Shown in pieces: positions 20,513 to 29,837 of a DNA stretch of 64,000 nucleotides. This stretch comes from Methylophilales bacterium UBA4017 (GTDB lineage Bacteria > Pseudomonadota > Gammaproteobacteria > Burkholderiales > Methylophilaceae), in NCBI GenBank assembly GCA_002384685.1, contig DGAZ01000043.1, forward strand, positions 32,462 to 96,461, read 5' to 3'. A program made the translations under genes and the position numbers. The notes beneath the pieces were generated by a model. It had not been told where the DNA came from and did no database searches. It worked only from the letters and a program-made list of their open reading frames with translations. Each line of letters starts with the position of its first letter. Position 1 is the stretch's first letter.

Positions 20513-21841
20513 TTGAAGCTTATTCCTAAAACGTTTCTTGCCAGATTAACCTTATTAATCTCCGCCCTTCTTTTGATAGCACAAATTGCATCCCTTAGAA
20601 TATTTGATTATTTTGAAAGAGAGCCACGCGCACAATCCCTTGCACAAGAAATTGTCACAATTGTAAATTTTACAAAGGCTTCCTTAGAAGCCGCAGCCTA
20701 CAATAAAAGGCTGAAGCTTTTAAATGAATTGTCTGGTGTAGGAGATGTGAGCATTTATCCTGCTTATTACTTTGAGCCACTTGAACCTATACCAAATGAT
20801 CCTTTTTTGGAGCTTGTTGTTAAAAACATTAAGCGTAAATTACCCCCCGAAACCCTTATTACCATTAACCATTACGACATACCCGGTATTTGGGTAAGTT
20901 TTGAGATAGATTATGCACTTTTCTGGATAGTGGTTCCAAGAACCATTATTGACAGGCCTTTTCCTTGGCACTGGATTGGATGGGGAACAATAGTTTTTAT
21001 ATTAGCAATTTTAGGCTCTTACGCTACAACTCAAAGAATTAGCAGACCATTAAGGCAGGTAATTAATGGTGCTGAAAAAATTCGGCAAGGGTATTTCATA
21101 GAGCCATTGCCTTTAGATAATGTTACTGAATTTCGTGAGGTAAGTCAGGCATTTAATGAAATGGCAGCCAATCTATCAAAAATATCCAAAGAAAGAAGTT
21201 TTCTCTTAGCAAGTGTGTCACATGATATAAGGACGCCTTTGACTAGGTTAAGGCTAGCTGCTGAGATGCTTCCAAAAGGATCTGAACTAATGAAGGAAAG
21301 TATGGAGCAAGACATTGTTGAAATAAACGATATCATAAATCAGTTTCTAGAATATGCTCGAGGATTTGAAGATGAGAAAGTGGTGCCAACAAACCTTGGA
21401 AAGTTTTTAATTGAGGTTCAAAGCAAGCATAGGAGAATGGGCCAGAATTTTAAATTACAAAAAAGAAATATACGGGTAGATGTCCCTAAAAAACTTTTTA
21501 TAGACATTAGGCCTCTAGCTTTTCAAAGATGCCTTGATAACCTTATTAACAATGCCTTTTTTTACTCACACGGAGAGGTGGTAATTAAAGCTACCTTATT
21601 AGAAGAGAGCTTTATGATTAGCGTCTTAGATAAAGGCCCCGGGATCCCTGAAGATCAAAAAGATCAACTTTTAAAGCCGTTTGAGAGGGTTGATGAAGCA
21701 AGAGGTAATGAAGGTGGTAGTGGTCTTGGTCTTGCAATTGCAGACAGGATTGTTAAAGTTCATTCAGGCAGTCTGGAGTTAATTAACCGAAAAGAAGGTG
21801 GGCTCGAAGCCAGAATAACTATTCCTTTAAGTTTCGCTTAG
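20513..21841 (+). CDS. EnvZ/RisS-like sensor histidine kinase
   Basis: Two TMs, HAMP, H-box SHDIRTPLTRLRL, DKGPGI, GSGLGLAI. Confidence 0.9.
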   Translation: MKLIPKTFLARLTLLISALLLIAQIASLRIFDYFEREPRAQSLAQEIVTIVNFTKASLEAAAYNKRLKLLNELSGVGDVSIYPAYYFEPLEPIPNDPFLELVVKNIKRKLPPETLITINHYDIPGIWVSFEIDYALFWIVVPRTIIDRPFPWHWIGWGTIVFILAILGSYATTQRISRPLRQVINGAEKIRQGYFIEPLPLDNVTEFREVSQAFNEMAANLSKISKERSFLLASVSHDIRTPLTRLRLAAEMLPKGSELMKESMEQDIVEINDIINQFLEYARGFEDEKVVPTNLGKFLIEVQSKHRRMGQNFKLQKRNIRVDVPKKLFIDIRPLAFQRCLDNLINNAFFYSHGEVVIKATLLEESFMISVLDKGPGIPEDQKDQLLKPFERVDEARGNEGGSGLGLAIADRIVKVHSGSLELINRKEGGLEARITIPLSFA

Positions 21842-21842
21842 C

Positions 21843-23219
21843 TTAGCCGAACCAATTCAAATCTTTTCTAAGCTCCACAACGGTCCCAATAATAATTAGC
21901 GCGGGGGACTTGAGTCTTGCTTTATTTACTTTCGAACTAATATTACGTAACTGACCGATAACCACTTTTTGACTTTGAGTGGTTCCGCTTTGCACCACCG
22001 CAACAGGCATATTCTTACTCATTCCATATTTAATAAGATTTTTTTTCATCTCTTGGAGGCTTAATAAACCCATATAAATAACGACAGTTTGTTTTTCTGC
22101 AATAAGCTTTGGCCAATCGAAACTAATAATCCCTTCCTTGAAATGGCCTGTCAAAAAAAGACAACTCTGAGCATGGTCTCTATGAGTTAAAGGGATACCT
22201 GAGTAAGACGAAACTCCATTTGCCGCAGAAATACCTGGGACCACTTGAAAGGTGATATTTTTTTTCATCAGGCCCTCAATTTCCTCACCACCTCGGCCAA
22301 ATATAAATGGGTCTCCTCCCTTCAGCCTCAGGACTCTTTTACCCTTCATTGCTAATTCAATAAGTAGCTCATTAATTTTTGACTGCTCCAAGGTATGCTG
22401 ATCTCTTTTCTTTCCAGCATAAATCATGTCTGCATCCCTTCTCACCATTTCTAAAACATCACTTGAAACCAAATTGTCATAAATACAAACATCGCACTTC
22501 TGCATTAACTGGAGCGCTCTAAGAGTAAGTAGGTCTTTATCTCCAGGGCCTGCTCCAACTAAATAGACTTCACCATCAACCTTCTTTAATCTTCGCTTTA
22601 TTAGTGCGTCAATATCTTGTGGTCTAAACTTTTTTTTGCTATTAGCAATTTTCTGAATAAGAGTATCCTCAAAAAAATACTCCCAAAACTCTCGTCTTTT
22701 TTCCATGTGAGTAATTCTTTTCTTAACTAACCCCCTTATACTTCCTGCAAAATTAACTAATTTAGAATAATGGGATGGTATGAGGCTTTCTAATGTTTGT
22801 CGTATCATTCTCGCCAGAACTGGCGCTTTTCCACCGCTTGAAATTGAGACCACCAAAGCATCTCTTTCTACGATAGACCCCATAGTAAAGCTACATAAAT
22901 CAGGCTGATCAACTACATTCACTGGAATTCGATTAGCTTGAGAAATGTTTGATATACTTTTATTCACTCTTTTATCATTAGTTGCTGCAACAATTAAGAC
23001 TTGCGAACGAATATCAGAGGCTTCGTAAGATTTTTGGACAAAAGCTATCTTATTTTTATCTATAAAATCCTTAAACTCTTCTGAAAAATCTTTTGCAATT
23101 ACTGTAAGCAAAGGTCTCGCTTTGATAAGCAAAATGGCCTTCCTTAAGGCAATGTCCCCACCACCAAAAATAGTGACGGGCTTTTGGTCAATATTGATAA
23201 AAATGGGGAAATTTTCCAT
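21843..23219 (-). CDS. cysG: Siroheme synthase
   Basis: N-terminal GGG.IA.RK dehydrogenase/chelatase domain plus VYLVGAGPGD...RLKGGDPFIFGRGGEE methyltransferase. Confidence 0.95.
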   Translation of the reverse strand: MENFPIFINIDQKPVTIFGGGDIALRKAILLIKARPLLTVIAKDFSEEFKDFIDKNKIAFVQKSYEASDIRSQVLIVAATNDKRVNKSISNISQANRIPVNVVDQPDLCSFTMGSIVERDALVVSISSGGKAPVLARMIRQTLESLIPSHYSKLVNFAGSIRGLVKKRITHMEKRREFWEYFFEDTLIQKIANSKKKFRPQDIDALIKRRLKKVDGEVYLVGAGPGDKDLLTLRALQLMQKCDVCIYDNLVSSDVLEMVRRDADMIYAGKKRDQHTLEQSKINELLIELAMKGKRVLRLKGGDPFIFGRGGEEIEGLMKKNITFQVVPGISAANGVSSYSGIPLTHRDHAQSCLFLTGHFKEGIISFDWPKLIAEKQTVVIYMGLLSLQEMKKNLIKYGMSKNMPVAVVQSGTTQSQKVVIGQLRNISSKVNKARLKSPALIIIGTVVELRKDLNWFG

Positions 23220-23322
23220 TTCAAAATATTACTCTAATAAAAGGCTTATACATACAGGTTGCTGTAAGTTTTATTCTAAAAAAAGTTATAATGCAGCATC
23301 TACTTACGGATTAATGCGCTGA

Positions 23323-24645
23323 ATGACAAAACAACTTTTTATTAAGACTTTTGGCTGTCAAATGAATGAGTATGATTCCGAAAAAATTGTAGATGTTCTC
23401 AGAGAGGATGGTGAAATCTCTTTAACAGAGTCGCCGGATAATGCAGATATAATAATTTTGAATACTTGTTCCATCAGAGAGCGGGCGGAAGTAAAGGTTT
23501 ATAGTGACCTAGGTAGGTATCGAGCGCTTAAAGAAGCAAATCCAAATATTCGCATTGGAGTGGGCGGTTGCGTAGCTAGCCAAGAAGGAGAAAATATTAT
23601 TAAAAGGGCTCCTTACGTTGACTTAGTGTTCGGTCCTCAAACATTGCATCGATTGCCTACTTTATTAAAAAAAAGAGATGCACTTGGTGTACCACAAATT
23701 GATATAACATTTCCAGAGATTGAAAAGTTTGATCGTCTTCCCGTAAGTAACTTTAAAGGCCCTTCTGCCTCTGTTTCAATCATGGAAGGTTGCAGCAAAT
23801 ATTGCTCATTTTGTGTAGTGCCTTATACTCGAGGAGAGGAAATATCACGCCCACTTGATGACGTCCTAAATGAAATCATTGAATTAACTATGCTGGGTGT
23901 GCAGGAAATAATTTTATTAGGGCAAAATGTAAATGCGTATAGAGGCTTCTCCAAACATGATGGTGTATGTGATTTTGCAACTCTTTTAGAGTATGTTGCA
24001 GAAATTGGGGAAGTCAAAAGAATAAGATTTACAACCAGCCACCCAAATGAAATGACTGAGGAGCTTATTGCTTGCTTTGGAAAAATTGATAAGCTATCCA
24101 AGCAATTTCACCTCCCCATTCAGTCAGGCTCAGATCGAGTTTTGTCTGCCATGAAAAGAAATTACACAGTCTTAGAATATAAATCAATCATCAAGAAACT
24201 AAAGAAGGTGTGTCCAGATATTTCACTGACATCGGACTTTATTATTGGCTTTCCGAACGAGACTGTTGAGGAATTTAATCAAACCAAAAAAATAATGGAA
24301 GAAATAAATTTTGATTACAGCTTTAGCTTTCTCTATAGCCCGCGTCCAGGTACCCCGGCTTCTTTTATAAAAGACAATATTTCTAAGCTAGAAAAAGAGC
24401 AGAGATTGCGCGAGTTTCAGGATATTAATATTACTCAAGGCAAAGAACATACACTCAAAATGATAGGGACTACACAAAGAATTTTAATAGATCGTATATC
24501 AAAAAGAAAACAAGGGGTGCTGCTTGGTAAGACGGATAACAATCGAGTAATTGAGATTAGTGGTAGTTCCAACCTGTTGAATCAATTCGTTAATGTAAAA
24601 ATACAAGCCATCACTGAAAAAAATTTAGAGGGAATAATAGTCTAA
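23323..24645 (+). CDS. miaB: tRNA 2-methylthio-i6A37 synthase
   Basis: TFGCQMNEYDS, radical SAM CSKYCSFC, TRAM domain. Confidence 0.96.
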   Translation: MTKQLFIKTFGCQMNEYDSEKIVDVLREDGEISLTESPDNADIIILNTCSIRERAEVKVYSDLGRYRALKEANPNIRIGVGGCVASQEGENIIKRAPYVDLVFGPQTLHRLPTLLKKRDALGVPQIDITFPEIEKFDRLPVSNFKGPSASVSIMEGCSKYCSFCVVPYTRGEEISRPLDDVLNEIIELTMLGVQEIILLGQNVNAYRGFSKHDGVCDFATLLEYVAEIGEVKRIRFTTSHPNEMTEELIACFGKIDKLSKQFHLPIQSGSDRVLSAMKRNYTVLEYKSIIKKLKKVCPDISLTSDFIIGFPNETVEEFNQTKKIMEEINFDYSFSFLYSPRPGTPASFIKDNISKLEKEQRLREFQDINITQGKEHTLKMIGTTQRILIDRISKRKQGVLLGKTDNNRVIEISGSSNLLNQFVNVKIQAITEKNLEGIIV

Positions 24646-24647
24646 TA

Positions 24648-25589
24648 ATGGAACTAACAATTAAATTGTCAGGCCAAGACAATAAAAAGCTGGCTAACTT
24701 GTGTGGGGTATTAGATGAGAATATCAAACAAATTGCCAGCGGATTTGATATTGCCATACAGCGCAGAGCTTATAACTTTAAATTAAATGGGAAGCAGGGA
24801 GATATAGAGCTTGCATCACAACTTATTGAAAGTTTATTCATGAGGTCATCAGGTCCTATAAGTGCTGAGGATATTCAGCTAAGCCTAGTTGAAATGAGTA
24901 AAATTTCCTTTAAAAAAAATGAATCTCCAGACTTGCTTACTAAAAAAAGTGATTTACAAGGTAGGACTCCAAAACAAGTAGATTATTTAAAAAATATACA
25001 AAGCAATGATATTAATTTTGGCATAGGCCCTGCAGGGACCGGCAAAACATATCTTGCAGTAGCATCAGCTGTAGATGCCCTCAATAGAGAGAAAGTAAAA
25101 CGAATAGTATTGGTTCGTCCAGCAGTTGAAGCCGGGGAAAGGTTAGGCTTTCTTCCAGGCGACCTTGCTCAGAAAGTAGACCCGTACTTAAGGCCTTTGT
25201 ATGATGCCTTATACGACTTAGCAGGCTACGATAATGTTACAAAACTTTTTGAAAAAGGAATTCTTGAGGTAGCTCCTTTGGCTTATATGAGAGGAAGAAC
25301 CCTAAATCAAAGTTTTATTATTTTAGACGAGGCCCAAAATACAACGCCGGAACAAATGAAAATGTTTCTTACAAGAATAGGTTTTGGAACTAAAGCAGTA
25401 GTTACAGGGGATGTTACTCAAATAGATTTAGCTAAAAACCAAAAAAGTGGTTTGATTGAAATCCAAAAAATTCTAAAAAATATTAAAGGCATTACATTTA
25501 GTCAATTTAAATCTGAAGACGTTGTACGTCACCCGCTTGTTAAAAAAATTGTAAATGCATATGAAAAATACCAAGAGCAAGATAGTTGA
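24648..25589 (+). CDS. phoH: PhoH-family ATPase (YbeZ)
   Basis: GPAGTGKT, RPAVEAGERLGFLPGD, MRGRT, DEAQN. Confidence 0.94.
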   Translation: MELTIKLSGQDNKKLANLCGVLDENIKQIASGFDIAIQRRAYNFKLNGKQGDIELASQLIESLFMRSSGPISAEDIQLSLVEMSKISFKKNESPDLLTKKSDLQGRTPKQVDYLKNIQSNDINFGIGPAGTGKTYLAVASAVDALNREKVKRIVLVRPAVEAGERLGFLPGDLAQKVDPYLRPLYDALYDLAGYDNVTKLFEKGILEVAPLAYMRGRTLNQSFIILDEAQNTTPEQMKMFLTRIGFGTKAVVTGDVTQIDLAKNQKSGLIEIQKILKNIKGITFSQFKSEDVVRHPLVKKIVNAYEKYQEQDS

Positions 25590-26047
25590 GCATATGTATG
25601 AACCATAACATTACGATACAAGATACCATTCATCAAAAAAAAATCTTGTCCAAAAAAAATTGCAGTTATTGGCTTTCAGTATTCAAAAAAAATCGCATCA
25701 CCCTAACTATTAGAATAGTCAGTGAAATTGAATCCAAAGCGCTTAATAATAGGTATAGGAAAATTAATAAGCCCACCAATATTTTATCTTTTCAGATTGA
25801 AAGTAACCCGCTCATTGGGGATTTAGTGCTTTGCCATCCAATTATTAAAAAAGAGGCACGTGCCCAAAAGAAAAAAATTAATGACCATTACGCTCATCTA
25901 CTTATCCATGGATGCCTTCACCTAATGGGTTTTGATCATGAGGATGAGGATGATGCAGTCGCTATGGAGAATAGAGAAAGGCTATTGTTAAAAAAATTAG
26001 GTATTAAAAATCCATATAAGTCCAATATAATGAAGGTAGATGAATAA
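25586..26047 (+). CDS. ybeY: rRNA maturation factor YbeY
   Basis: KPTNILSF and HGCLHLMGFDH motifs; start uncertain. Confidence 0.92.
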   Translation: MSICMNHNITIQDTIHQKKILSKKNCSYWLSVFKKNRITLTIRIVSEIESKALNNRYRKINKPTNILSFQIESNPLIGDLVLCHPIIKKEARAQKKKINDHYAHLLIHGCLHLMGFDHEDEDDAVAMENRERLLLKKLGIKNPYKSNIMKVDE

Positions 26048-26867
26048 AAAGAAATCAAAATTTGCTCGGAAGATTAGAAATCTTCTTATCAGACCCAAAG
26101 ACAAAGAGCACCTGGGCGACATTTTAAAACAAGCTTTTGACAAGCATATGCTAGATGCTGACTCCTTGATGATGCTCGAAGGTGTTTTAAACGTTTCAGA
26201 GATGCAGGTAAGGGATATTATGATCCCGCGATCTCAAATGGACTTCATTGATATCTCAAAAAAACCTGAAGAATTTATTCCGTTCGTTATTGAAACAGCT
26301 CATTCCCGTTTTCCCGTAATAGAAGGTAGCATGAATGATGTGATTGGGATATTGCTTGCCAAAGATTTATTGAATTTTAATGAGAGGCAAGATTTTGAGC
26401 TCCGCGATAAATTAAGGCCTGCTATTTTTGTACCTGAATCCAAAAGATTGAATGTTTTGTTAAAAGATTTTAAAAAAAATAGAAATCATATTGCAATCGT
26501 TGTAGATGAATATGGTGGCGTTTCAGGAATGGTAACTATTGAGGATGTCCTTGAGCAGATAGTCGGAGATATTGAAGACGAATATGATTATGACGAGACT
26601 GAAGACAATATTATCGAAGAGAAATCGGGTAAATTTAGAATAAAGGCTGCCACCGAAATTGAAGACTTTAATGCTTTTTTTGCTACCGAATATGCTGATG
26701 AAGATTTTACAACTGTGGGTGGCTTAATTACCAATAAATTTGGCTATCTTCCAGAAAAAAATGAAAAGATAACTTTTGATGGTTTCGATATCACTATTCT
26801 AAGAGCTGATAGTAGGCAAATTCACACCCTAATGGTTTACGTAAATCTTCGTCCAGATAAAGCATAG
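26040..26867 (+). CDS. corC: CorC/YbeX CBS-domain protein
   Basis: VRDIMIPRSQM, HSRFPV, VVDEYGG, TIEDVLEQIVGDIEDE. Confidence 0.92.
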   Translation: MNKKKSKFARKIRNLLIRPKDKEHLGDILKQAFDKHMLDADSLMMLEGVLNVSEMQVRDIMIPRSQMDFIDISKKPEEFIPFVIETAHSRFPVIEGSMNDVIGILLAKDLLNFNERQDFELRDKLRPAIFVPESKRLNVLLKDFKKNRNHIAIVVDEYGGVSGMVTIEDVLEQIVGDIEDEYDYDETEDNIIEEKSGKFRIKAATEIEDFNAFFATEYADEDFTTVGGLITNKFGYLPEKNEKITFDGFDITILRADSRQIHTLMVYVNLRPDKA

Positions 26868-26917
26868 GTTTTATTGAACTTAGTATCTAAATAAACACTC
26901 CTATTCTCTTTTAAAGG

Positions 26918-27334
26918 ATGAAAATTATGAAAACAATATTTCTTTTCTTATTAATTTTTTCTAATGCTATATTTGCAGAGCATCATGAAGAAGAACCAGG
27001 CATCATTCCTGATGCACTGGTTACCGAAGTTCCAACCCCTTATTGGGAGTTTGTTAACATCATTGGACTGCTTACAACAGAAGAAATTATAAATATTCTT
27101 GGTGAGCCAGCAAAAAAGATTGATATTAAAATGAAGTCATCACGTGAAGTGATTGCTAGTACATGGTATTACCACAACCTTAATACAGACGAATCAGGAA
27201 ACTATTTTCCTACAACCGAGCTTGATATTATAGATGGGTTTGTAGAGGAGGTTGTTTTTATGAATGGGGTTGACGAAGCCGCGGTCATTGAAGGAAAAAA
27301 ATACGAAGTTAAGAAGCCAGACACCCTGTTTTAA
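26918..27334 (+). CDS. Hypothetical exported acidic protein
   Basis: Signal peptide; G.T.EEI..ILGEP...WYY pattern reminiscent of SmpA/BamE-like folds. Confidence 0.65.
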   Translation: MKIMKTIFLFLLIFSNAIFAEHHEEEPGIIPDALVTEVPTPYWEFVNIIGLLTTEEIINILGEPAKKIDIKMKSSREVIASTWYYHNLNTDESGNYFPTTELDIIDGFVEEVVFMNGVDEAAVIEGKKYEVKKPDTLF

Positions 27335-27374
27335 TTCTTTCTACTCACTTAAAATACCGATGTACAATTAATGC

Positions 27375-28862
27375 ATGATTAGTTGTACATCAATCTTAAA
27401 AAACTACCATGCTTACTCCCTAGCCTTTATCGTTGGCTTAATATCTGTTTTTGGGTTCTCTCCATTTAATTTCTATGCAGTTCCTTTCCTAACAATATTG
27501 TTTTTTTTATATCTTCAACAACGCTCACCGTCCAAATATCTATCTAGTATTTTTTTCGGGTTAGGTTTTTTCTTGGGCGGAATACATTGGATATTTATTA
27601 GTCTGAATGTCTTTGGGCAGATGCCAATTTTTCTTGCTGCATTTTTAACCTTACTCTTTTGCTTATTCTTATCTTTATTCTTTCTTCCCCTTGCATTTGG
27701 AAAACACCATCTTTGGGTTATATTAGTCCCTATCACTTTTACATTGGCAGAGTGGTTAAGAGGCTTTATTTTTACTGGTTTTCCATGGATATCATACGGG
27801 TACAGTCAGTTACCCGGGAGCCCGTTGGCTGGTTACTTTGCAATTACTGGTGTTCATGGTGTAACATTTTTAATATTTTTTTCTGCAACGCTTATCTTCA
27901 CAATCATTTCAAGCTATCGCAACAAGCTTAAGCTCTTATGCTTATTTGGTCTTATTCTTATTTGGTTGGGTGGATACTTTCTTCAACAGATTGAATGGAC
28001 AAAACCCTTCAAAGAACCTTTTTCAGTAAGCTTACTTCAGGGAAATATTCCCCAAGATAAAAAATGGGATAAGGACCTGATAAATCAAAGCTTAATTAAG
28101 TACATTAATTTAATTGAGAGTAGCTCTTCATCGCTTATTATTCTTCCTGAAACATCAATACCCCTGCTTTACCACAACCTTCCTTCCGGTTTTAAAAAAA
28201 GATTGAGCGATCATGCTCATAAAAATGAAGGGGATATTATTATTGGGGTCATTGAAAAGCAAGATGGTCACTACTTTAATAGCGCACTTTCTATAGGTCG
28301 TAATGGTGAACAACGGTACCAAAAATTTCATCTTGTTCCTTTTGGTGAATTCATACCGTTTAAATTTATTTTAAAATTTATTTATGAAAATTGGTTAAAT
28401 ATTCCTTTTAGCGACTTATCAAGAGGTCCTAATCTGCAAGACCCGTTCCTATTCAATGGAATTAAGCTGGCTATTAATATCTGTTATGAGGATGTTTTTG
28501 GTTACGAAATTACCAAACCTCTTCCTAATGCCAACATCTTAGTAAATCTCAGTAATGATGCGTGGTATGGGGAATCAATTGCATCGAAACAACACCTTCA
28601 AATCGCTCAAGGTCGTGCACTAGAAACTGGAAGGATGATGCTAAGATCAACAAATACTGGCGCTACCGCAATCATTAGTGCTAAGGGAAGAATACTCAAT
28701 CAATTGCCGCTTTTTAAGGAAGGTATTTTAAGTGATTATGTTCAACCTTTCGAAGGATCAACCCCATATATTAGATACGGGAATTATCCAATAGTGGGTT
28801 TATGTGTATTACTTTTAATTTTTTGTTTTATAAAAAGAAAAAATAGTGGCACTAAGCTTTAA
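27375..28862 (+). CDS. lnt: Apolipoprotein N-acyltransferase
   Basis: EWLRG..FTGFPW, LPET, K.HLVPFGE, ICYE, SNDAWYG. Confidence 0.95.
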   Translation: MISCTSILKNYHAYSLAFIVGLISVFGFSPFNFYAVPFLTILFFLYLQQRSPSKYLSSIFFGLGFFLGGIHWIFISLNVFGQMPIFLAAFLTLLFCLFLSLFFLPLAFGKHHLWVILVPITFTLAEWLRGFIFTGFPWISYGYSQLPGSPLAGYFAITGVHGVTFLIFFSATLIFTIISSYRNKLKLLCLFGLILIWLGGYFLQQIEWTKPFKEPFSVSLLQGNIPQDKKWDKDLINQSLIKYINLIESSSSSLIILPETSIPLLYHNLPSGFKKRLSDHAHKNEGDIIIGVIEKQDGHYFNSALSIGRNGEQRYQKFHLVPFGEFIPFKFILKFIYENWLNIPFSDLSRGPNLQDPFLFNGIKLAINICYEDVFGYEITKPLPNANILVNLSNDAWYGESIASKQHLQIAQGRALETGRMMLRSTNTGATAIISAKGRILNQLPLFKEGILSDYVQPFEGSTPYIRYGNYPIVGLCVLLLIFCFIKRKNSGTKL

Positions 28863-28913
28863 TGTGGGTTAAAAAAACAGTAAAATGCATCGTTACCTAT
28901 CAAATAAAAAACT

Positions 28914-29837
28914 ATGGCAATCACTTTTCAAGAAATTATTATCAAATTACAGGCTTACTGGGCGGATCAAAAATGCGCATTAGTTCAGCCGTATGATATG
29001 GAGGTGGGTGCTGGCACCTCACACACCGCGACCTTCTTAAGGTCACTAGGTCCAGAACCATGGAAAGCAGCCTACGTTCAGCCAAGCAGAAGGCCAAAGG
29101 ATGGAAGGTATGGGGAAAATCCAAACCGTCTACAGCATTATTATCAGTTTCAAGTTGTATTAAAACCATCGCCCGACAATATTGTTGATCTATATTTAAA
29201 TTCCCTAAAAAGCCTTGGCTTCAATTTAGAAGAAAATGACGTGCGGTTAGTTGAGGATAATTGGGAAAATCCTACCCTGGGTGCATGGGGATTAGGTTGG
29301 GAGGTTTGGTTAAATGGTATGGAAGTAACTCAATTTACCTATTTTCAACAAGTTGGCGGGATTCCGTGCAAACCGATAACCGGAGAAATTACTTATGGGT
29401 TAGAAAGGCTAGCAATGTACATACAAAAAGTTGATAGCGTTTATGACATCCAGTGGAATGACGACATCACTTACGGCGATGTATTTTTGCAAAATGAAAT
29501 AGAGCAAAGTACTTATAATTTTGAGCACAGCGACCCTGAATTTTTGCTTCAATCATTTAATGGGTATGAAAAACAAGCAAAATATTTAGTCAAGATGGAG
29601 TTGCCCTTACCGGCATATGAGCAGGTATTAAAAGCAGCCCATACCTTCAACCTACTTGATGCAAGAGGTGTGATTGGGGTAACAGAAAGAGCGGAATATA
29701 TTGGTAAAATTAGAAATATTTCCAGAGATGTTGCTAAGTCATACCTGGACAGCAGGATGCAATTAGGATTTCCGTTAGCCAACCCGGAGCATGCGAATGA
29801 AATAATTAAGGCTATAAAGAATAATGCAAAAAAATAA
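28914..29837 (+). CDS. glyQ: Glycine-tRNA ligase alpha subunit
   Basis: [39 protein letters not shown]. Confidence 0.97.
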   Translation: MAITFQEIIIKLQAYWADQKCALVQPYDMEVGAGTSHTATFLRSLGPEPWKAAYVQPSRRPKDGRYGENPNRLQHYYQFQVVLKPSPDNIVDLYLNSLKSLGFNLEENDVRLVEDNWENPTLGAWGLGWEVWLNGMEVTQFTYFQQVGGIPCKPITGEITYGLERLAMYIQKVDSVYDIQWNDDITYGDVFLQNEIEQSTYNFEHSDPEFLLQSFNGYEKQAKYLVKMELPLPAYEQVLKAAHTFNLLDARGVIGVTERAEYIGKIRNISRDVAKSYLDSRMQLGFPLANPEHANEIIKAIKNNAKK

